A stretch of 64,000 nucleotides of DNA from Candidatus Aminicenantes bacterium (GCA_027061995.1 JAMOUT010000057.1:65688-129687); one strand, 5' to 3'; shown: positions 50,655 through 61,877, numbered from the stretch's first letter. Notes: generated from the letters alone by a model not told the origin. Numbers and translations: made by a program.

Positions 50655-52833
50655 CTTTATTCTCTCTCTCGTATTTACAGGAAGGGCAGTAAATTTTATC
50701 TTTCTTTCTAAACATATAATCAAAACCGCATTCGGGACATTTTTCATCTATCGGAGTATCGGAAGTGATAAATTTACATTTCGGATAGAGTGAACATCCG
50801 TAAAAAAAACCTTTCCTTTTTTTATATCTTCTTTTTACAAGGACTCCTCCGTCTTTATTCGGGCAGATATATTTTGTTTTTTCACTATTCTTTTTGATAT
50901 ATTTACATTCGGGATAGTTTGAACAAGCGAGAAAACTCCCGTATCTTCCCCTTCTCCAAACAAGGGGGGCTCCGCATTCGGGACATTTTTCATCGGTTAT
51001 TTTCGGCTCGCTTTTTTTAACACTTTCAGTGTGCTTGCATTCATCATTTGTGCATCTGTAGTATTGTCCGAATCTTCCGTTTTTCAGAACCATCGGGCTT
51101 CCGCATTCGGGACATTTTTTTTCTGTCTGAACTCCGTTCTCTTTTGTTTCTTCCATATTTTTTTGAGCATTATCAAGTTGTTTTGAGAGTATTTTATAAA
51201 ATTTATTAATTGAATCCTGCCATACAAGCTTACCTTCGCTGATTTTATCAAGGTCATCTTCCATCTTAGCCGTAAATTCAATATCCATAAGAAGAGGGAA
51301 ATGTTTTTCAAGTATCTCTTCTATGAATAAACCCAACTCCGTGGGGATAAAAAACCGATTCTCTTTTATAACATAGGTTCTGTTCTGAAGGGTGGATATG
51401 ATTGAACTGTATGTGGAAGGGCGCCCTATCCCTTTTTCTTCGAGTGTTTTTACGAGAGAACCCTCGGTAAATCTTGAAGGGGGTTGGGTAAAATTTTGTT
51501 TTAATTCTATTTTAAGAAGTTTAAGAATCATATCTTTTAATAATTCGGGTAATAATTTATCTTCGGGAACTCCAGCTATTTTAAGATATCCGTCAAATAC
51601 AATTACTTGTCCCGAGGTTTTAAAAAGATAATCTTCCGCCTTAATCCAAACTTCGGTTTCCTCCAATTTTGCTGAAGCCATCTGTGTTTGTAGAAATCTT
51701 TTCCATATAAGAGAATAAAGTCTCAATTCATCATTTGAAAGAAAAGGTTTTAATTTATCGGGAGTCAAACTTATGTTTGTGGGTCTTATAGCTTCATGAG
51801 CATCTTGTGATTTTCCCTTTTTTTTGTAAAATCGAACATTTGGCGAAAGATAATTTTTACCGTATTCATTCTCAATGAAATTTCTCAATTCCTGATTGGC
51901 GGTTGAAGATATTCTAAGAGAATCCGTTCTCATATATGTTATTAATCCTGTTAATCCCTCTTTACCTATGTTTACCCCTTCATATAATTTTTGAGCGATC
52001 ATCATAGTTTTTTTTACCGTGAATTTATAAACTTGAAAAGCGGCTTGTTGGAGAGATGATGTTATAAAAGGTGGGGGAGGATTTTTGGTTTTTTTCTTCT
52101 TTTTTATATCGAAAACTTTAAATTCCGATTTTTTTAATAAAGATTCCACCTGTTTTGCATCTTTTTCATTGGTTATCTCTATCTTTTTATTATTTTTTTT
52201 CTCAAGTTTGGCAACTATTGATTCTTTTGTTTCCTCTTTTTCAAGATTAACTTTTATAGTCCAATATTCCTTTTGGACAAAAGCTTTAATCTCCTTTTCT
52301 CTGTCGCATATGAGTTTCAAGGCTATTGATTGAACTCTTCCGGCAGATAAACCTCCCATAACTTTTTTCCAAAGAATCGGGGAGATTTTATAACCTACAA
52401 GTCTGTCTAAGACCCTTCTTGCTACTTGAGAATCAACTTTTTTCCTATCGATTTCAGTGGGATTTTTAAAAGCTTCCTTAATCCCTTTTTTGGTTATCTC
52501 ATTCATTAAGACTCTTTTAATATTTGAATTGACTTTTGAAATCTCTTCATAAAGATGAAAGGAGATTGCCTCCCCTTCACGATCAGGGTCTGTTGCAAGA
52601 TATATGTTTTTTGCTTTTGCCGCTTTTGCTTTTATCTTATTGATAACGGGAGCCTTACCTCTTATAATGATATATTTCGGTTCAAAATTATTTTCAATCT
52701 CAACTCCGAGTTTACTCTTGGGGAGATCTTTAACATGCCCTTTGGAAGCTTCAACCGTGAAGGATTTACCGAGATATTTATTTATTGTTTTGGCTTTTGA
52801 AGGTGACTCAACTATTACAAGATCTTTACTCAT
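50644..52833 (-). CDS. topA: DNA topoisomerase I with C-terminal zinc ribbons
   Basis: VIVESPSKAKTI, ATDPDREGE, SAGRVQS, LITYMRTDS, GIGRPSTY, repeated CPECG. Confidence 0.98.
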   Translation of the reverse strand: MSKDLVIVESPSKAKTINKYLGKSFTVEASKGHVKDLPKSKLGVEIENNFEPKYIIIRGKAPVINKIKAKAAKAKNIYLATDPDREGEAISFHLYEEISKVNSNIKRVLMNEITKKGIKEAFKNPTEIDRKKVDSQVARRVLDRLVGYKISPILWKKVMGGLSAGRVQSIALKLICDREKEIKAFVQKEYWTIKVNLEKEETKESIVAKLEKKNNKKIEITNEKDAKQVESLLKKSEFKVFDIKKKKKTKNPPPPFITSSLQQAAFQVYKFTVKKTMMIAQKLYEGVNIGKEGLTGLITYMRTDSLRISSTANQELRNFIENEYGKNYLSPNVRFYKKKGKSQDAHEAIRPTNISLTPDKLKPFLSNDELRLYSLIWKRFLQTQMASAKLEETEVWIKAEDYLFKTSGQVIVFDGYLKIAGVPEDKLLPELLKDMILKLLKIELKQNFTQPPSRFTEGSLVKTLEEKGIGRPSTYSSIISTLQNRTYVIKENRFFIPTELGLFIEEILEKHFPLLMDIEFTAKMEDDLDKISEGKLVWQDSINKFYKILSKQLDNAQKNMEETKENGVQTEKKCPECGSPMVLKNGRFGQYYRCTNDECKHTESVKKSEPKITDEKCPECGAPLVWRRGRYGSFLACSNYPECKYIKKNSEKTKYICPNKDGGVLVKRRYKKRKGFFYGCSLYPKCKFITSDTPIDEKCPECGFDYMFRKKDKIYCPSCKYERENKDEK

Positions 52834-52842
52834 AACTTAAAA

Positions 52843-53526
52843 CTACCTGCAACTCTTTTTTTCTAACTCTTTCAGTTTTTTATAAACTTTCATCTCATCT
52901 TTGGTAACAATCATTCCGCTGTTCTTTTGAGTTCTGTATATCTTTTTTATTCTGTTCAGATCTATGTTAAACCCTATTTTTTTAAAAGCATTTATTATAC
53001 AGGGTTTTTTCTCCATCAGGGTTTCATAACTTATAACAATACTGTTCTTGATATTCTCATGAGCGGCGATTATCGCATTATTATTGTCAAACCAGCTGAG
53101 TTTGAATTGAGAGATTCCTCTCCTGAGCATACTTGCTTTTGAATCAGCGGGATTCCTGAAAATAAAAACAGCTTTAAGATTTTTTCGACCTATATGTCTG
53201 TAGAAAAATATTGCCGGAGTTAAGACTATTTTCAGACCGCTCCAACCATCATTTTCATTTAAAAGTTTTACTATTTTATTTAAATCTCTGGTGTTTTCAT
53301 CAGTCATGGCTTGCTCTATAAGTCTTTTTGAAAGTTCTTTTTCAAGAGAATATTCAAAATAACCCTCTTTATTGTAAATATCCGAACCTATATCAGATAA
53401 AAATTTAACTCCCGCACTCTCCAAAAGTTGACAAACAAGGGATGTTCCGCTTCTCGGATGTCCGCTTACAATTACTGTTTTTCCCATTTTTTCGGGAGTT
53501 AAATCATTTTTGTTTTCATCGCTCAT
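52843..53526 (-). CDS. Sulfotransferase-family protein
   Basis: VSGHPRSGTS (5'-PSB loop), FRNPADSKAS (3'-PB), ISYETL. Confidence 0.8.
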   Translation of the reverse strand: MSDENKNDLTPEKMGKTVIVSGHPRSGTSLVCQLLESAGVKFLSDIGSDIYNKEGYFEYSLEKELSKRLIEQAMTDENTRDLNKIVKLLNENDGWSGLKIVLTPAIFFYRHIGRKNLKAVFIFRNPADSKASMLRRGISQFKLSWFDNNNAIIAAHENIKNSIVISYETLMEKKPCIINAFKKIGFNIDLNRIKKIYRTQKNSGMIVTKDEMKVYKKLKELEKKSCR

Positions 53527-53707
53527 TAATATTCCTCCGTTTTTAAATGTAAAATTAAAGCTAATTATTATAACATAGAATAAATTGATTTGGAAAATTT
53601 AAAAACGGAAGAAAAATAATGTCCGATAATTAAATATTATAAATGATAGAGAGATATTAATCTTAAATTGTGTGGTGAATTTATAATTAATTGAGATGAA
53701 AATATCG

Positions 53708-53734
53708 GGAACTTTTTATTGTCTATTCCGTTAA
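53708..53734 (+). promoter_or_regulatory. Putative ECF-sigma promoter
   Basis: GGAAC-16 nt-CGTT upstream of the 53765 gene. Confidence 0.5.
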
Positions 53735-53764
53735 ATGTAAGTAAATTCAAAAAGGAGAAATTTT

Positions 53765-54895
53765 ATGAGAAAAGGATTAACAATTATTTTGGTTGTATTT
53801 TTTGTTTTAGCAAGTCTTTCTAATGGTAATAATCTGAAAAAAGAAAATCTCCGACTTGGTTATAAGGAGATAAAAGTTGAAATTAATGAGAATATTGAGA
53901 CATTAAGCTTGATATATAGCCTTGCTGATGATGAGTTGATTAATGTTGATTTTGCCGAAAAAGCTCATCTGCTAAAACATTATTTAAAAGAGTTTGAAAA
54001 ATTTAAAGATCATCCAGCGGTTAAAAAAATGAAATTTCTTCTGAAAAAGGAGATATTTGGTGCTTCATGTGTTACATACGGACTTTTTTATACTGATTTC
54101 CCCGAATTTAAAGAAAAATATCCTTTTGATTTTTCAGTTTATAAAAAAGAGGAAAAAAATCAATTATTGGAGTTTTATCAATTAGCCAGAAAATTTTATA
54201 AAGATGTGAAATTATCAAAATTTTTTATAAAACACCATACAGTATATGAAAGAATAAAAAATGAAGTAAAATCCGTTTTACCTTCGAACTCTTATATAAA
54301 AACATTGGAAAAATTTCACGGAATATCAATGTTAGATTATGTAATAATTCCTTCGATTTTTGTTCCTAATTATTTTAATTACGGACCAACCATAAAAACC
54401 CGAAAAGGGATTATCAATTATTATGTGATGGGTCCCGCTTACGATGTAAATATTAAATCCGGAGTGAAATTACCGGACAAATTGGGTTTTAATGCCAAGA
54501 GTTATATTTTTTCAATCGGAATACATGAATTCGGGCATACTTTTGTTAGATTTATTGATAAACCGAAAAATGCACGACTTATAAATTCCATATCGTATTT
54601 AAATACGGAAGAATTAAGAAAAAAGATTTACCCTCAAGGATATGGTAATTGGAAAGGGGTTTTTGAGGAACATCTTGTAAGAGTTTGTGAGATAGAGATA
54701 GCAAAAATGATGAACAACGAAAAATATAGCAAAATATTATATGAAGATAATGTAATCAAAAGAGGGTTTAAATATATTCCGTATATTCTTGATATAATCC
54801 CCCAATATGAAAAAAACAGAGACAAATATAAAACTTTTGAAGAATTTTTTCCATTAATTATAAAAAAGTTATCCGAGGTTAAAATTAAAAGATAA
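53765..54895 (+). CDS. Secreted DUF4932-like protein, putative zinc metallopeptidase
   Basis: Signal peptide; NIETLSLIYSL, FKDHPAV, IHEFGHTF (HExxH), FEEHLVR, RGFKYI. Confidence 0.7.
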   Translation: MRKGLTIILVVFFVLASLSNGNNLKKENLRLGYKEIKVEINENIETLSLIYSLADDELINVDFAEKAHLLKHYLKEFEKFKDHPAVKKMKFLLKKEIFGASCVTYGLFYTDFPEFKEKYPFDFSVYKKEEKNQLLEFYQLARKFYKDVKLSKFFIKHHTVYERIKNEVKSVLPSNSYIKTLEKFHGISMLDYVIIPSIFVPNYFNYGPTIKTRKGIINYYVMGPAYDVNIKSGVKLPDKLGFNAKSYIFSIGIHEFGHTFVRFIDKPKNARLINSISYLNTEELRKKIYPQGYGNWKGVFEEHLVRVCEIEIAKMMNNEKYSKILYEDNVIKRGFKYIPYILDIIPQYEKNRDKYKTFEEFFPLIIKKLSEVKIKR

Positions 54896-54920
54896 ATCCT
54901 GATACAAAAAATAATTTGAA

Positions 54921-55145
54921 TTAATTATAGTATATTGTAAATTTGCATTTTTCAATATTAATCTCAATTTTTTTTATCTCTGTTAACAAGACATTCAGAT
55001 ATAAAATATCATATTCTCCCTCAGTATTAGTGTCGATATGTTTAACTTTTTCAATTGAGATTATTATATCGGAAGTCATTATTTTGTAGGAATTATTATA
55101 TATAAATACTAATAAAATAATAATATATATACTATGTTTTTTCAT
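54921..55145 (-). pseudogene. Internally deleted, truncated copy of the 57428-57844 gene
   Basis: Aligns to residues 1-66 and to KFTIYYN of the 138-aa paralog; about 50 codons missing; a 4-bp duplication creates TAA. Confidence 0.75.
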
Positions 55146-55263
55146 ATATATATAATATTAATTATTATATATATCAAATATACTTTTTGTAAAAAAACAA
55201 AAACTAAAAAAGTATAAAAATATATTAATGTGTTAATTTGATTTTGCAGTAAAAAAACAGAAA

Positions 55264-55449
55264 TTAATCTATATTCTTTTTTAATAATTCGGAAGCTATT
55301 TTTTTTATTTTGTTGACATTATCCGCCGAATCTTCTATTGTAGCTGCTTCCTTCTTTGTGATTTTGCTCTTTTCTGCTAATTTTATTCGGCCCTCAAGCC
55401 CTAATTCATTCTCAACTATCTTAAAAATTGATAATATCTTATCGCCCAT
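55264..55449 (-). CDS. Small helical hypothetical protein (61 aa)
   Basis: SD GGAGGA; third gene of a tightly spaced operon; amphipathic helical pattern. Confidence 0.75.
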   Translation of the reverse strand: MGDKILSIFKIVENELGLEGRIKLAEKSKITKKEAATIEDSADNVNKIKKIASELLKKNID

Positions 55450-55468
55450 ATTATTCCTCCGTTTAAGG

Positions 55469-55843
55469 TTAATTACCTACAATAGCTTCTTCAAAAGCAG
55501 ATGTTATCTTAGGTAAAATAATGCTTAAAAGCATTCCCAAAGGAACCTCTCTTGTATCAATCACCATACCCCATTGAAATTCACCAAGTGGCATAACTAT
55601 TAGTGCTTTGTCGTCAACAAGGTCTAATAAATAATATTTATTCAAAGCCGGAAACTTTGCTCCGTCAAGAGCTTTTTTAACATATTCCGTAATTTTACCG
55701 AATAAGGCGCAACCTTCGGGGCTACTGTTATAAGCGACAATAGGTTGTAAATCTTTTGATGAATAGATATCAGTTCCAATTAACCCTTGACCTGTCTCTT
55801 TTTTCAAGAGCTCCATTGCTTCTTTTAGCTTTTTTACATTCAT
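55469..55843 (-). CDS. Roadblock/LC7 (MglB)-like protein
   Basis: 124 aa with helix-beta-beta-helix-beta3-helix pattern, ending PLGMLL; SD AGGAGGA; fold inferred. Confidence 0.6.
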   Translation of the reverse strand: MNVKKLKEAMELLKKETGQGLIGTDIYSSKDLQPIVAYNSSPEGCALFGKITEYVKKALDGAKFPALNKYYLLDLVDDKALIVMPLGEFQWGMVIDTREVPLGMLLSIILPKITSAFEEAIVGN

Positions 55844-55852
55844 TTTTTCCTC

Positions 55853-56920
55853 CTATGATTTAAGATTTTTTATTTTTATTTCCTTTGTAATTTTCGGAAG
55901 TATGATATTTAAAAATAAGCCGAGTTGAATTTTTGAAATATCTATGGTCATTCCTAATAAATAATTATTGATAGGAGAAATGATTATTATTATGAATTTT
56001 CCGGAATTAATCAAATAATAATCTCCCAAATGAGTATCCAAATATTTTGATAATTCTTTGTTAATCAATGAAGTTAATGATGAAAAATCCTTATAAGAGC
56101 CCTCGTCTATATTATATTGAAAGATAGAGGAGTTGTCTGATAATGATATTAATTCGGCATTAATTATGGAATCATCTAAATCATCTTTAAATTTTTCAAA
56201 GAATTCATGAAAAACTTTTGTATCTGAATTATTATTGTTACTATTATTATTATTGTTGTTTTCATCTATTTTTCTTACAGTTTCCAAAATACCGAATTCA
56301 ATAGGAATTGAAACATCATCGTTTTCCTCTATATAGGGTGTTTCCGTAAAAATATAATCATCTAATTTCTGAATTTCTTCCAATGCTTCCAATCCTTCCA
56401 ATTTGCCGAATTTACATTTTTTTAAAAATCCGTTTTTAACATTGATGATTCCATTTCCTTTTTTGGATTTTATTGATATTGAAGTTTTCTTATTGGAATA
56501 TTTTAAAATTTGTAGTAATGTCATTATGTCAATGTTAATTTGTGCTATATTATTTTCTTTGTTTTTTAATGATTTCTCGATTAAATTCTCCAACCTGTCT
56601 ATTGAGAATGGTTTTTCAAGAAGGTATTGTATTCCGAGAGATAAAAGCTCTTTATTATACATCATAGAGGGGAATCCCGTTATAACAATGAATTTTTTAC
56701 CGGGGAATTTTTTCAGAACTTCTCTTATAAATTGAATACCATCCATTTCAGGCATATTGATATCTACTATGAATAAATCGATTTTTTTGATATTAATGCT
56801 TTTTAATGCTTTTAAAGGTGAATTAAATATTATTATTTCATAACGATTATTTAAACTGTCTTTAAGAAGTTTTAACAAATTTTTGTCATCATCTAAAATT
56901 AAGATATTCTTTTTTTTCAT
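55853..56920 (-). CDS. Response regulator: REC + DUF4388/PATAN-like + roadblock-like C-terminal domain
   Basis: ILILDDD, IVDINMP, ITG, LEKPF; IMTLLQIL...GIINVKNG...GKLEGLEAL; C-domain similar to the next gene; start moved to ATG 56920. Confidence 0.8.
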   Translation of the reverse strand: MKKKNILILDDDKNLLKLLKDSLNNRYEIIIFNSPLKALKSINIKKIDLFIVDINMPEMDGIQFIREVLKKFPGKKFIVITGFPSMMYNKELLSLGIQYLLEKPFSIDRLENLIEKSLKNKENNIAQINIDIMTLLQILKYSNKKTSISIKSKKGNGIINVKNGFLKKCKFGKLEGLEALEEIQKLDDYIFTETPYIEENDDVSIPIEFGILETVRKIDENNNNNNSNNNNSDTKVFHEFFEKFKDDLDDSIINAELISLSDNSSIFQYNIDEGSYKDFSSLTSLINKELSKYLDTHLGDYYLINSGKFIIIIISPINNYLLGMTIDISKIQLGLFLNIILPKITKEIKIKNLKS

Positions 56921-56942
56921 AATTCTTTTGCCATAACAACTT

Positions 56943-56971
56943 ATGTTATAAAAACTAATTCTTTTTGTCAA
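56943..56971 (-). promoter_or_regulatory. sigma70 promoter of the three-gene cassette
   Basis: TTGACA-17 nt-TAACAT, 22 nt before ATG 56920. Confidence 0.55.
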
Positions 56972-57427
56972 GTAAAATCGACCCTCCCCGTGGAAATAGC
57001 ATAAGCAATGCATGATAGAGGACAAAGTTGTTAAATTGAAAAAAAAAATAAATTGGATAAAACATAATATAATAATCTTGGTATTATTGTCGGAGATTAC
57101 GAGTAAATTTCTAATGGTATTAAATCTTAAAATAAATTATAAAAAGGTAAACACTATGCTTTAGTAAACCGCTGGAATAGACATTGTGGTATGGAAAACA
57201 CAATAATATATTTTTCAGTATAAAGAGTTTTTCATTTGAGTTAAATAAGGAAGGGATAACGCGGACATATGATTAACTAATACAAAAAGTTGTGTTTTTA
57301 TAGATTATAAACTTGATGCAACCCTTGTATCATCAAAGAGTGAAAATGAAACATACGGGATTATGGTGGAGGGATTATTTATAAAAGAGTGAAATGCCAT
57401 AATCATAATTTAAATGTTATAACAGAA

Positions 57428-57844
57428 TCAAATTTTTATCTTTTTTGAATTCTTATAAGATTTTCCGTTTGAATTATAGTATATTGTAAATTTATATTTT
57501 GATGATTTTCTATTATTATATCTAAGGTTAATTTTTATATTTGTAAAAGTATAAAGCCCGAAACCTGTAATTTTATAAACGGGAGGATTGTTCTCCGCAT
57601 ATTTGTAAATAAGTGTATCATTAGAATCATATACCTCATTCATATATTGTTCGATATTAAGATCAAGACCTTTTGTTTCTGTTAACATGACATTCAAATA
57701 TATAATATCATAGCGACCATCACCGTTCGTATCAACATATTTAACTCTTTCAATTGAGATAAGGAGGTCGGGAGTTGTTTTCTTATCACACTTATTGTAT
57801 AAAAACATTAACAAGATAATAATAAATACACTATATTTTTTCAT
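57428..57844 (-). CDS. Secreted or lipoprotein-like hypothetical protein with a Dx[DN]xDG Ca-binding-like loop
   Basis: Signal peptide with Cys19 (non-canonical lipobox); DTNGDGRYD; beta-rich. Confidence 0.7.
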   Translation of the reverse strand: MKKYSVFIIILLMFLYNKCDKKTTPDLLISIERVKYVDTNGDGRYDIIYLNVMLTETKGLDLNIEQYMNEVYDSNDTLIYKYAENNPPVYKITGFGLYTFTNIKINLRYNNRKSSKYKFTIYYNSNGKSYKNSKKIKI

Positions 57845-57879
57845 ATATTTATTATATTAATAGTTTTGTTTAATATCAA
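57842..57879 (-). promoter_or_regulatory. sigma70 promoter abutting the start codon (putative leaderless)
   Basis: TTGATA-17 nt-TATAAT-6 nt-ATG. Confidence 0.68.
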
Positions 57880-57906
57880 GGGGAATTTGTAAGAATTAAA
57901 TATTAG

Positions 57907-57935
57907 TTGACAAAATCAGATATTATGTTTAAAAT
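57907..57935 (+). promoter_or_regulatory. sigma70 promoter of the TPR-ligA operon
   Basis: TTGACA-17 nt-TAAAAT; leader carries GGAGGT. Confidence 0.65.
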
Positions 57936-57973
57936 ACATAAATTAAAGCTTTAAATTTGCTGGAGGTTTATTT

Positions 57974-59059
57974 ATGAAAAAGAAAAATTCTGTTTTGATT
58001 GTGATGTTATTAGCTTTAGCTTTCTATTTAATTATGCCTAATATGATTTATGCAAGCGAAGCTACTTCTTATTTGGCTTTTATTGATGCCACAACAAATT
58101 ATAGTGCAATGGTTAGAGCAAAAAAACCGGGGGAAGAGATAAAAGCGGCTCAAGCTAAAATGATAGCAGCCGGAGAAAAATATATAAAAAAATATGAAGA
58201 CAAGGTTCCTGTGAATACATCTATTATATTGCAAAATCTTGTTCTTGTTTTTTATAATTTAAAAAAATATGATAAGGTGATCTATTACGGAGAAAAATTA
58301 GCTAAAAAACCCGGATTAAAAGATATTCAAAAGGCAAGTTTATTTCTTTTTCTTGCCGATTCATATATTTCAACGGGTAAAGATTATAAAAGAGGTGTTG
58401 ATTTTGCAGAAGGGATTGAACTTATTGTCAATAATAATATAAACACAAGCACGGGTTTGCAAAAGAAAAGATGGCAGAATTTATTAGGGCAAGCGTTGAG
58501 ACTCAAAGGAAATGTATTTTATATTAAAAAAGATTATGATAATGCGGTTGCTAATTTTATTAAATCATATAATAATTATCCTTCTATGAGAACGCTAAAA
58601 GTCATAAGAGAAATCGGAAGAAAATATTTTAAACAAAAGCAATACAAAAAAGCACTCGGAGTGTTTGAATTTGCATACAAAGAGTTAAGTAAAAAATCAC
58701 CGAAAAGAGCTCAGGAGTGTTTGAAACTTCTTGGTAGAACTTATTCAAAACTTGGAATGATAGATAAGGCCATACAAACATTTTCAAAACTTTATTCAAA
58801 GAGGAAAAATGCTGAATTAGCTTATAGAATCGGGGCTTTGTATAACAAGAAATTTAAACAATCAGGTGGAAAGGATAAATCATTTCTTGAAAAAGCAAAA
58901 CTTTATTGGGCTGAATCAGTTGTTTTAAAATCACCGGCTCTTTATTCAAAACAAGCGGAAAAAATTCTGAAAAATTATATGATAAGTATGGAAAAAGCCA
59001 CTCTTCAGGAGTATGAAGATATTTTAAAAGTAGCTAAAAAAAGATTAGGTTTGATTTAA
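57974..59059 (+). CDS. Secreted tetratricopeptide-repeat protein
   Basis: Signal peptide; TPR-like helices (KGNVFYIKKDYDNAVANF, LGRTYSKLGMIDKAIQTF). Confidence 0.78.
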   Translation: MKKKNSVLIVMLLALAFYLIMPNMIYASEATSYLAFIDATTNYSAMVRAKKPGEEIKAAQAKMIAAGEKYIKKYEDKVPVNTSIILQNLVLVFYNLKKYDKVIYYGEKLAKKPGLKDIQKASLFLFLADSYISTGKDYKRGVDFAEGIELIVNNNINTSTGLQKKRWQNLLGQALRLKGNVFYIKKDYDNAVANFIKSYNNYPSMRTLKVIREIGRKYFKQKQYKKALGVFEFAYKELSKKSPKRAQECLKLLGRTYSKLGMIDKAIQTFSKLYSKRKNAELAYRIGALYNKKFKQSGGKDKSFLEKAKLYWAESVVLKSPALYSKQAEKILKNYMISMEKATLQEYEDILKVAKKRLGLI

Positions 59060-61063
<2,004 letters not shown>

Positions 61064-61130
61064 TGGTTTTACACTTGAAAAACTTATATAAAAAAGTTAA
61101 GATAACTTAGTATGGATGAAGGAGGTTAAA

Positions 61131-61868
61131 ATGAAAAAAGGATTGGCTCTTTTTGCAGTTATGATAATATTAGTTGGTTTTTCATTTGCGGGGGATATAA
61201 ATTTTTACGGAGGTTTAAAAGGGTTGTTTAACTCTATAAAAATAAAGTATAAAGACAGTTCCGTGGAAAATAAAATAAATCTTTCATCATTGTCTTTCGG
61301 AGGTAAAATTGAGGTTGATGAAATTTATTATTTTTCTCTGTATGTCGGTTTAACCTCCGCAAAATTTTCGGAGCCTGTAATATTTGATAATCTCCCTTTT
61401 TCTATTAAGTTTCCGAGTGATACGCAAAGAGGTTATTATGTTAATCTCAATTTTCATACTTACCCTTTTGAGATAAAGGGGATTGAGTTCGGAATGGGGA
61501 TTAATGTAGGTATGTTTATGCTAAAAAACTCCCAATGGGATATACAACTGCCGATTGTATCTGGTATGTTTGATTCTGATATTAATTCATATGATTTTAA
61601 TTTTAATTTTTTGGCAAAGGGTGAGATATTTAATGGTTTTTATTTATATGGAGGACCTTCTTTTTTAAAAATATTTGGTAATATTAAAGGGACGGAACAA
61701 ATAAATAATGATTTAACAGGGGAAGAGAATAAAAATTTTTCAAATAAAAAACTTATGGGTTTTTTAGTGGGATTTGATTATGAGGTTGAGGATTATCTTA
61801 TGATTTCAACTGAAATCCGTTTAATAAATAGCTATGGTTTAATGGTAAGTTTGAATTATATCTTTTAG
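61131..61868 (+). CDS. Outer-membrane beta-barrel protein
   Basis: Signal peptide ending FSFA, alternating strands, terminal SLNYIF; ATG 61131 follows GGAGGT. Confidence 0.68.
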   Translation: MKKGLALFAVMIILVGFSFAGDINFYGGLKGLFNSIKIKYKDSSVENKINLSSLSFGGKIEVDEIYYFSLYVGLTSAKFSEPVIFDNLPFSIKFPSDTQRGYYVNLNFHTYPFEIKGIEFGMGINVGMFMLKNSQWDIQLPIVSGMFDSDINSYDFNFNFLAKGEIFNGFYLYGGPSFLKIFGNIKGTEQINNDLTGEENKNFSNKKLMGFLVGFDYEVEDYLMISTEIRLINSYGLMVSLNYIF

Positions 61869-61877
61869 GAGGGAGCT

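Noticed and set aside
53600..53629. TCCGATAA as a sigma28 -10 element
   Set aside because: The nearest TAAA is 18 nt away rather than 15, and no flagellar gene follows.
56228..56262. AAT/AAC run encoding poly-Asn as a phase-variable repeat
   Set aside because: Imperfect trinucleotide run; slippage would keep the frame; treated as a low-complexity linker.
57030..57420. 390-bp AT-rich gap with a roughly 39-codon open stretch and a GATTATGG/CCATAATC inverted pair
   Set aside because: No suitable start or SD, no recognisable homology and no transposase remnant; may be a decayed gene but cannot be supported.
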